From Balanoglossus misakiensis (Eukaryota; Animalia; Hemichordata), in the NCBI GenBank assembly GCA_040954595.2, contig CM082588.2, forward strand, positions 2,392,144 to 2,456,143: DNA of 64,000 nucleotides. The letters run 5' to 3'. The position numbers and the translations under genes are program-made. Numbering within the stretch: position 1 is the first letter of the stretch; each line of letters starts with the position of its first letter. Positions 13,110 to 22,350 of the stretch are shown piece after piece. The notes below the pieces were generated by a model. The model saw only the letters and a list, made by a program, of their open reading frames with translations. It was not told where the DNA came from and ran no database searches.

Positions 13110-14633
13110 TCAGAGGTTATAGTTGACTTTGTCGTCACACGATGTAGCAACGCCGACTAAGTGAAAGGGGTTGTTCTCTTTCGTCTTCACCACCAACGTG
13201 TAATCGCCGGGGACAATATTTTCAATCACGGCCAGGCGCATTTTTCGGTAAATATCCTGGGTGTCGACGATGATCTGTTTGCTTCGGTACTGGCTGAGAA
13301 AAGCGCGGGCTTTGCCGCCGGTTTGGCAAGTCATGGTCAACAGCGTGACGTTGCAGATGAAGTTGGATTCGAAGCTCTTCATCTGAATGTTGAAGGCGAT
13401 GGTTTGGTTCGCTCTGTCCGTGTACCACGACGTCGCCACGTCGTTACGGGTCTTCGGCATGTCTGGGTAGTACACCTCCCATCCCCTGTTGTAAGTTGGC
13501 GTCAGGTAGCTATCTTCAGAGAGTCTCGGTTGCAGGGTAGTCCTACATTCAATTTTCACATCATGGGTGTCGCGGAAGAGGGGCGGCGGGAGGACGTCTT
13601 CGTCCCTCAGATTATTTTCAAGCAAAGCTTCAGCCGGCGAAAATGAAGAAGAAACCCGCATTTGATGGAGCAGTCTACCACATATATTTTGAATGAAATT
13701 TGTGGTAAAATGGAACAAGATTAAACCTGTGAGTTCGTGTCCTTGTTCCCCGGGGTGGTTGAAGTTGTCGCCCGGCGTGAAAATTTTATCGGAGCTGGAG
13801 TTCAGCGATGGACACACGGCTTTTCGGAAGCTGATCGACGGGATGTTGTAGTGCCGGCTCATCGGGGTAAGTACGAATGCCTCGGCGTTGAAGCAGCGTC
13901 CAAGCTCCCGCATCATCTTGCCCAGCATAAAATGCACATACAGAAGCTGAGGGTGGTTGGGAGACGCCAAAACGTTTCTGACCAGACGCTCGTGTGCAAC
14001 CGCCGTATCCAGGTTGTCGTTCACGGCGAACTCGGTGAGTATAAGGTCCATGTCACCGACGTCCAGGTGCACGGGGGCGCAGTAGGAGAAGTAGTTACTG
14101 CCACAAGCCCCGACGGCTCCGTTGTGCACTTCCACGGGGGTTCCCAGAACCTCACGCAACAACCTGGCATAAATGTTCGCATACATTTGGTCAATGTTTG
14201 GCAAGTAGGCACCGGCAGAGATTGAGCCACCAAGAACCCCAATGCGAAAGGTCCTGCCGTGGAAGAGTACGTCAGTGAGAATAATCCTCAGTCTTTCGAG
14301 TGTCTCGGCATACTTTCGTCCCAGGATAGCCCTGTCCAACATGTCATCATTGATGCCAAGCTCTTCATACCGAGTCTTCAGTCGCTCACGCGTTGTGGTT
14401 ATCTGGTCTAAAATTTCATAGATTCGACTCTCAGGGCTGTCGGCTTCAATCACAACAGGAATTGTCTCCATCACCGATCTCTGAGTTGTAGCGTGTTGTT
14501 CAAGCACCAGCCGCTGCAGCAAATAAGCGCACGGTAGCATTGTGCAAACAAAAAACATCGTTTTCCGAGGGGTTAGGCGTCGTCTGCTCACGTGCACCGC
14601 TGCCATGTCTGACGCAGATCTCCCGTTCAGCAT
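13110..14633 (-). CDS. Intronless type II membrane SGNH/GDSL-fold protein, Cap64/Cas3-like, paralog 1 (507 aa)
   Basis: Single long ORF. Basic tail (RRRLTPRK) then a hydrophobic anchor. SGNH block I IGVLGGSISAG, block II NGAVGACGSNYF, block III EFAVND, block V GDNFNHP, then a beta-rich C-terminal domain. Aligns by eye with 20249..22015. Confidence 0.88.
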   Translation of the reverse strand: MLNGRSASDMAAVHVSRRRLTPRKTMFFVCTMLPCAYLLQRLVLEQHATTQRSVMETIPVVIEADSPESRIYEILDQITTTRERLKTRYEELGINDDMLDRAILGRKYAETLERLRIILTDVLFHGRTFRIGVLGGSISAGAYLPNIDQMYANIYARLLREVLGTPVEVHNGAVGACGSNYFSYCAPVHLDVGDMDLILTEFAVNDNLDTAVAHERLVRNVLASPNHPQLLYVHFMLGKMMRELGRCFNAEAFVLTPMSRHYNIPSISFRKAVCPSLNSSSDKIFTPGDNFNHPGEQGHELTGLILFHFTTNFIQNICGRLLHQMRVSSSFSPAEALLENNLRDEDVLPPPLFRDTHDVKIECRTTLQPRLSEDSYLTPTYNRGWEVYYPDMPKTRNDVATSWYTDRANQTIAFNIQMKSFESNFICNVTLLTMTCQTGGKARAFLSQYRSKQIIVDTQDIYRKMRLAVIENIVPGDYTLVVKTKENNPFHLVGVATSCDDKVNYNL

Positions 14634-15068
14634 GTAGTCGATCTCGCCGGATTCAGTTGGTGGTCAGGACGCCCAACACGAGTGATGCGATAAGGCTCTC
14701 GTGACAGATCGATTGAACGTTGCAATTACGAATTCCTGGCCAGCAGCCTATCGCGCAACTGCTATTAAAAGCGATCACACCTTAATCCATAAGCCTGATT
14801 TTCGGGCACTGTCCCAGCGGCTGTGATGGAAAACAACATGATCACCTTACGACACAGATCTGACCAGTACACACGATGTCCAACCTTCGAATTCACAAAA
14901 CCGCATCAAATTGGTTACAAGGACGAAGTAACACGTTACCGTGGTATCTAACTGGAAAACACTCCCCGGACACGATGGCAACAAACTCGAGTACGCCCCT
15001 TCCAACTGACGGTTGTATTAAACAGGGCCGACGCGTGTGACTCGACGGCAAACAAAAGCGATGAAATA

Positions 15069-15079
15069 ACGCATGCGCA
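15069..15079. promoter_or_regulatory. NRF1-like site (ACGCATGCGCA) upstream of SGNH paralog 1
   Basis: Near-palindromic GCGCATGCGC-type motif about 440 bp upstream of the ATG; motif match only. Confidence 0.3.
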
Positions 15080-16961
15080 ATGGATTGCCCTAGCCACAGC
15101 TGACGAGGTCGACCTGCAGATTTTCACAGTTTATCCCGTTGTCCCATTGATATATACAGTACATGTGTACATATTCATATAAAGACTTCCACTTTTGCCA
15201 TAGCAACCACTAGATTAAACACCAGATTTACATAATGTTATTAAATTCAACAATTATTAACAATTGACAATTAACATCGACACTCCCTAACCGCTAAACT
15301 ACAAACAAAAAGCTAATCGGGGATGGCGCAAATTTTGAACACAGAGAATGCTATGCTGGGTTGACTTCAAACAGAAGTTATCATTTTATCCGACCTTTGT
15401 GGCGAAGATGGTCCCTGCATCAAAGCAAACCGCCGATTTTATAAAATCCTCCAGTGACAACTGCCCCAGCTTCGTTGGATTTTGAGAGAGATTTTTGACA
15501 CAAATCCTACCACAGTAAGCTTAGGCCAAAGCAAGTAAATTCTTTGTTTTGAGGTTATCTGACTTTTACATTACCTCGTAAGGTTTTCAGTGTGAATGCC
15601 GTAAACGAGAATTTCGTCCCAATGTAAAATTTATGGCGTGTTTTGCATAAGAACATCGCCGACCATGGAAATTTATGCAAGAAAAGTTTTCATTTCCCCC
15701 TAAAATATATTTCTCTACTTTGGCCTTACTTATGGTGACAGCAAGTGAAATCCTGTACTGTTCAATTAGTTCAAGAACAACATTGCTGATTACGCTGTTA
15801 GCTACGGGAACATAAACTAAGTTCGATTGATGAATAATACCCATTGCGTGATATGCAAATGTGGATAACGTTCTGATTAACACCTTTGTTGGAACAGATG
15901 ATGCGTGCGGCCTTGCCACGCGAATACTGCAGATTAATTCTCATTGTGTGCGCCACACTGATTAATTAAATACGTGACGACAGGCTGATTTCTACTGTTT
16001 AAATATCTTTTGACATTCTAGTGTGTAAAATCAGCATTTATTCTATCCGAAAACCTGTGGTTTGTAGTTTTCCCCTAGTTACCGGTAACCTTCAGCACGC
16101 ACGACTACCCCTGACATAATTTCTCATGAATATGCTTGCGCCGCAGCTTGTGTCAGCACTCAGAGTTGTCATCTGCGCTTGGTCGTTTCCAGAACACGAT
16201 AAACTATATTTTGACAGGGAAAACAGACGATTGCGAATCTAGGCTTAGCGTGGATGTTGTCACGTGTCGCTGAAACGTTGGGCGTCAATGTCACGTGCTA
16301 ACTTTTGAATCTGAGAGCAAAATCTGAAATTCAAAATGGCCGCCAATATCAATTTGCAGATGTGCCAAAGTGACAAAAGTGTAGCAATCATCTATTAAAG
16401 TTAAATAGATGATGCATTTTTAGAAACTTAGGGAGCAACTAAGCAAAAGTGCGTGTTCAGATAATAAACAACATAATTGTGAAAGAAATAATTTTGCATG
16501 CGTCGAATGGAGTTAGGTATGTTGATTCCCCCCAGGGTGCTCGTCGCGAGCTGGTTCCACTACTATCAATCATATTCAATCAGTTAAGACAGAATCTGCA
16601 TCATTCTTACTCAATGACTCCCATCAATATTAAGCAAAAGGGACGTTTGATAGGCCTAGGGTATCCTCGATGCATTGTGGGTCAACAGATTTTCACGTGA
16701 ATAGATTGCTATATATTGTTTTCAAAATTCTTCTTTTACAGATAATCTGGATCAATCCTGGCGCACAAGTAACTATCAAATGCGCCAGCTGTTTTTTTCT
16801 TATCAACACAATAACTCTATTATGAGTCAAAACACCTCTTTAGGTTGCCCTGTGCTTGCCCATACATGTAATGCACTGACTGGGCAAAGGGTAATTATCT
16901 GTGCGCTGGTAAGCCTAACTGACAGGACATACCCCAACTTGAGCTATAGGCCATGACCTCT

Positions 16962-17085
16962 ATGACCTTATATCCTTGTACTTCCGGTGGTATCGGGTGG
17001 TCAAAGTTCAACATTTTGGTATATGTAGAGTTTTTCATCAGACTAATGGATTCATACCAACGGAAGTACGAGGATGTAGGGTCAT
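16962..17085. repeat. Degenerate 32-bp inverted repeat, probable foldback/MITE remnant
   Basis: 16962-16993 atgaccttatatccttgtacttccggtggtat versus the reverse complement of 17054-17085 atgaccctacatcctcgtacttccgttggtat (28/32). Confidence 0.6.
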
Positions 17086-20000
17086 GTATGGTAGTCAAAA
17101 ATGAAAGTGCTGACACAGTTACTGAGTTTCAAATTAACCAAGTTGGATTTCTTTGCAAAACACTGCCACTGTCAGCAGAACGATATACACACAGCAGTGA
17201 ATGACATTCCACTAAATCTATAGTGACGGCAGTTTATGTACAGATATTTCCTCTCGGCTCGTCAAATAACAATTGCAATTTAACACAAGTCACGAATTCA
17301 ACATAAAGCTAAATACACAGAAACGATAAATATACCATTAGTACGTGGAAATGGAAACAGATGTTCCTGAACCGGTTTTTAGAAGTGTTTATCTAGGTAA
17401 TGGGGTTGTCTGCCCGTGCTTTGTATTCATTCATCGTGGGAGCAGTAACAGAAACTGGCATATTGGCAACAATCAAAACAGCATGCGGCTAGCATAGCGG
17501 CCAAATATAAATTTACTTCGTTCTTTTCCTATTTCGTTTGCAGTTAGCGGTCCTGGGGGCGCTAGTACCATCTGGCATATACCCCGGATACAGAGGCACC
17601 GTGTGTGCTCTATTTTCATTAAATGTGTGATTACCAGGAGTTGTCGTCTGACTTCATAATGTCACTCGTACAACAGTTTGCTGAATAAACGGCTTCTAAA
17701 CTAAATTTGTGCTTGTACACGCTACGCAATGCCACGACATCACCAGTTTCACATTATGGTCTGGAAGATGACGCGGCGATGGCGTCCACAGTGAGTACAA
17801 CGCATCGCAGCGCCCCCATTGGACAGGATAAGAGTCTATTGGTTTGCCTGAGTGTCAGTCCACAAAATTGGATAAATACGTTGTCAATATTAGGATGTTC
17901 AACTTCTTAATCTCGCTCACGTCTGTGTACTTATAACTGCGTTACTAAAAATAACATAAGTTTCGCTTGATGAAAATGTAATAAACTATGGCAGATGTTT
18001 CTGTCAAAGAGGATAACGAATCTATTTTTATCATATGCCCATATTAGGGCAGGGTTCGTTGTTCAACTGGAGCGAACACCCGGCCCGGTCTGGTGGTCTA
18101 GAATTCATCGAAAGGAGGACAAATGTCGGACAGATTCTCTTGCCCGATTGAAACGAAACGCCAGTTCGCTCATAAACTAACGCCAAGTCGAGTCATGCAA
18201 GGACCCGGAAGTTGGCGGTCACAAACAACGTAATGTCGCCCTCACACGCCACTTCTTTCGTCGAAGCCATCGCTCTAAATCAGGGGACCATGATGCCTCT
18301 TCATGTCTGTCTGCCTGTCTTTATGTATCTATGTATCTATCACCACCTGTGTCCTTTTCAAGCAATAAGTATGCAAATGACATCAACTCGTTATTTTGTC
18401 ATTTCATTTCATTATGTCAGCGACACGATGAACATTTATATATAAGCTAAATATTGGCTGTGCCACTATGCTTTGTGTACAGAACAATGGCCTCGATAAA
18501 TACATAATGTATGAGGTTTTGGCATTATGCAGGTTTCTTATAGTGCATATAGTGCATAATACATAACCCACAGCGACGCCAAGTATAGGTTATAGAATGA
18601 AATTTCACAGCTATGATAGACAAACTACAATCTAATCCAACACAAATGGGAAGCAATTTCATGGCATATTAAAATCTAGCCGCCCCAGGTGACTGGTGTT
18701 TCGTTAGCACCAGTTTGTCTGACGTCATCAAAATCTGCGGCCAAGCCGCCCTACTTTTGGTTTCACCTTTACACAAACTAGGGAAACAGCAAACATTACA
18801 AATAACTGCACCCATTATCTAGTACAATGCCGAAATTAGCACATAGGACGGACCAAATTCAGAAGTAGACCGTGGTTTTTAAAGGGTAGACGGTTTCTTG
18901 CTAAGGGAATGTGGCGACCGGGTGACGGTTGTTTAGGGGGTGCATGGTTTAATCCGCAATTTTGCTGTCTGAGTTTATCACGGAAGCATAATATCGGTAT
19001 GATAAGCTTAACGTAACATACACATCGCTGGTCATGTTAATATTGCCGTGTCAATATTATTTCGGTATTCCTGCAAGGTGTCACACTATCGTGATTTCTG
19101 TATTTATCAACCTGTAAAGGTTTTGAACAAGAATCGAGAGGTTTATGACATACCATGCTGCATCCATAGCTGGTTATGCGTCATATGTAAATATGAAAAA
19201 AAGAACAGCATATTATTTTTGATGGTTTGCTTTAATATTTATGCAAGTGATAAAATATATTGCATGTCATATGCATGCGCAGAAAATATTCTCAAAGTTC
19301 AACTTGAAAATTACCACCATAAAACAGAGAAACAGCCTGCCTATAAAGTTTCGCTCCTCATTCACTGAAAAATACTTTTAGCGTCAAGGAGAGATGATAT
19401 TATATTATTTTACTCTGGCCATTTTACAACACCATTAAATTGTGTTTGGTTAACCGACGGCCTTGAGAAGTAAAATAATCTGTGTGATGGGGATAAAACT
19501 CTGGGGATTAAATGCACTTAGGACAACCGTAAAAAAAACTGCCAGTGCTGCGCGTTTTCTATTTTCAGACAAAATATCTGACTGTTCAAACAGATTAAAA
19601 GAGTGGCCATCTCCACAAAGGGATGGACGTGATACCAACCACTTTACCCACACGCGCGATACGCGACCTTCAACCGAGATGAACACCATTCAGAATCACA
19701 CAAATTATGCTTGTACGCGCGACACACGTGAGGCAACATAATATTTCTCGCCCATCGCGACGATAACTCATCAGGCAATGCATGCATTAAATATCCTTTG
19801 AAGCTCCCGGCGCAGTCACCACAGCTGTTAATGTACAAGTGTAGGCAAAAATGTTGGCGGGATGAGTATGTATTTAAACAAAGATAATCATTATAATAGT
19901 GGAACTGTTAGTTTTCTTTTTTCTAGCTCTCTCGGTGCTGATAGGCTGCTTGATGAGTAAGTTTCCCCAAACTTGCAGGTAACCGGTAGGATTAGAATGT

Positions 20001-20248
20001 TAAAATGCGTTGAAATCTACAAAACAGCGATCTGTGGGTAAAAATAACTTTTTTTTTCATAAATTTTATATGAGATGGGTCATTCAAATGTGCTTGGACT
20101 TCACTATTCCACCATTTGCCACCAAACTGTCGTCTGCTTTCCTAGTTGAAAAGGTTCGGTCGGCCATTTTCACGCGGAGGTGCAGAACCACCTGTTGACT
20201 ATAGGCATACAAAGTCTGTCGAGACTTTTGCGTCTCATCTGAAAACTA

Positions 20249-22015
20249 TTAGATGTCACAGTGCGAGGCTATGGCTACAAGTCTGAACTGTTTGTTCTCC
20301 ATAGTCATCATGCTCAATGTGTAATTGCCGGGCGTCACGCCGCCGATACTCGCTGTTCTAAGCCTCCCCGTGAACTCGTCCTTCGAGACTGCCACAATGC
20401 TGTCCATCTCGAGATCTTCCTGGTAGAGCGAGACTTGCACGCTCCCGCAGGTGGGACACGTGAACATGAAGAGGGTCACGTTGCAAGAGAAATCCCCGTC
20501 CCATTTCACCTGGTCTATCACTACTGGAAACGCCATGATTTGCTGGGCCTTGGCCGTGTACCAGGAACTTCTCACCGAGAGTCCATCGGAAGCTCTCTTG
20601 GCCGGCACGCTGAAGGACCAGCCCGGGGCATAGGCTGGCTTCAGCGAGCCCAGTTTGTTGCTGATGGGTTGCAGAGTTGACCAGCAGCGCTGAGAGAGGA
20701 TATCGTGTGTTTCTGGCCACAGTCGACTCGGTAGTTCAGTCGGCCTGATTTCGCTGCTTGGCTTCAGGGCTTCCATGAAGTAGGTGTCACCAGTCTTTGC
20801 AGCCTTCAACAGTTTCATAGCCGTTTCGTAGAGAACATTCGCTATGAATTCCAGCATGAACACTGAAACCATCTCGTGGCTAGTCACGGTTGGATGAATA
20901 CCGTCTTTTGCGAAGAGGTCCTTAAAGCGACTTATGTGACTGGGGCAGACGGCGTCTCGTAAACTGATGGACGGGATTGAGTAATGCTGGCTTAAGGGTG
21001 TGATTTCTCTCAGCTCGGCGTTAAAACAGAGGTTAGGCTTCATTTGGGTTCCGAGGAGGAAATTGATGTACATCACTTGTGGCTGCTTCGGGAGGCGGAG
21101 GAGAAATCTTAGAAGTCTCTCCTGGGAGAACGTTGATCCAAGCTTCCAGTTGTCGTTGGCTGCGTGCTCCGCGATGATTATGTCTGCATCTTCGACGTCC
21201 ACGTGTATAGTAGAACAGTAGGTGAAATAATTACTGCCGCAGGCGCTGATCGCTCCGCGGCGAACCGGCACGGGAACGCCGAGTATGGTCTGAAAAAGGC
21301 GGCTGAAAACGATGGCGAAAATGTTGTTTTTACTTGGGAGGCATGCTCCAGCCGAGATAGATCCACCGATGACACCAATTTTCACCGGTCGACCTGTGAG
21401 CAGCGTCCGTATCAGCACTTTTTCCAGGTTGTCCACCGATTGGTATCTCACAATAGCTCTGTCCAGCATCTCTTTGTCGATGCCGAGCCTGCCGTAGTTC
21501 GATCGGATTTTATCCATCTGATATTTGGCTCTTGACAACACAGTCATGATCTTTTCCGTGTCAATACCGTTAAACTCGTACTGAGTCTCAGCCTCGGCCG
21601 AATTGATGCTCGCCTCTGGTTCCCCGTCGGCGAGGTTGACATCGATGAAACCGGTGTCATATGTTGTCTCTGCCTTCTCATCGAGATCTATATCAACGAC
21701 GACGGGGACGTCGTTACCGGCGCTACTGTCATCGCCACCGGGCACCGCAAAGGGCTTCTCGTTGCTGTCCGCCACCGGCATCTCCATGTTGACAGCATTG
21801 TTGTCAAATCCCACCACAGACAGTCGAGTGTTGACATCTAAATCGACTTTGGTTGTTCCCTCGCCGCCCAGTGCAGGCTCGTGCACTGATTTAACTGTGA
21901 CCGAATCGGCGGGAAGGTTCGTCGTGTTGTGTCCAATCACCCACAGGGAACCTATACTCAAAATGCCAACAACCAACACCTTGACGCCGAATCGCTTGCG
22001 TATACTTGCCATCAT
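20249..22015 (-). CDS. Intronless type II membrane SGNH/GDSL-fold protein, Cap64/Cas3-like, paralog 2 (588 aa)
   Basis: Single ORF. IRKRF then a TM segment (VLVVGILSIGSLWVIG) and a long acidic stem. Block I IGVIGGSISAG, block II GAISACGSNYF, block III EHAAND, canonical block V DGIHP. C-terminal domain shared with paralog 1 (CNVTL...C..., G.YTL...EN..F.LV..A..C). Confidence 0.9.
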   Translation of the reverse strand: MMASIRKRFGVKVLVVGILSIGSLWVIGHNTTNLPADSVTVKSVHEPALGGEGTTKVDLDVNTRLSVVGFDNNAVNMEMPVADSNEKPFAVPGGDDSSAGNDVPVVVDIDLDEKAETTYDTGFIDVNLADGEPEASINSAEAETQYEFNGIDTEKIMTVLSRAKYQMDKIRSNYGRLGIDKEMLDRAIVRYQSVDNLEKVLIRTLLTGRPVKIGVIGGSISAGACLPSKNNIFAIVFSRLFQTILGVPVPVRRGAISACGSNYFTYCSTIHVDVEDADIIIAEHAANDNWKLGSTFSQERLLRFLLRLPKQPQVMYINFLLGTQMKPNLCFNAELREITPLSQHYSIPSISLRDAVCPSHISRFKDLFAKDGIHPTVTSHEMVSVFMLEFIANVLYETAMKLLKAAKTGDTYFMEALKPSSEIRPTELPSRLWPETHDILSQRCWSTLQPISNKLGSLKPAYAPGWSFSVPAKRASDGLSVRSSWYTAKAQQIMAFPVVIDQVKWDGDFSCNVTLFMFTCPTCGSVQVSLYQEDLEMDSIVAVSKDEFTGRLRTASIGGVTPGNYTLSMMTMENKQFRLVAIASHCDI

Positions 22016-22329
22016 TCCGGCGTTACTAGCCGTTGCCTAAGGTCGACCCACAAATCACCACACGACGAGTGTGACAACATACAATAACGGGGATGCAGAA
22101 TAAATGCAGATATGGAACCAGAATGGTCCTTAAAGTCACGTGGTAAACTCCAATATGGCGGACGACACGAACAGACAACTTATTAATCCGCTCAATGTGG
22201 TATAATGCAGCGGTTCTCTGTTAATAGGGTTTTACCAGAGAATCTTCACACTAGTGAGTAGTCTGAGCGCCTTCGAACTGTAATTAGAGTACACACGATG
22301 GATTCGGACGTGTTTTAGTCTGAAAAACA

Positions 22330-22350
22330 CAGGAAGTGTTGTGACGTCAC
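22330..22350. promoter_or_regulatory. Adjacent ETS (CAGGAAGTG) and palindromic CRE (GTGACGTCAC) sites upstream of SGNH paralog 2
   Basis: caggaagtgttgtgacgtcac about 320 bp upstream of the ATG; motif match only. Confidence 0.4.

Noticed and set aside
13161-14242. Antisense and alternative-frame ORFs over SGNH paralog 1 (likewise over paralog 2 and ARID1 exons)
   Set aside because: Shadow ORFs of GC-richer coding sequence
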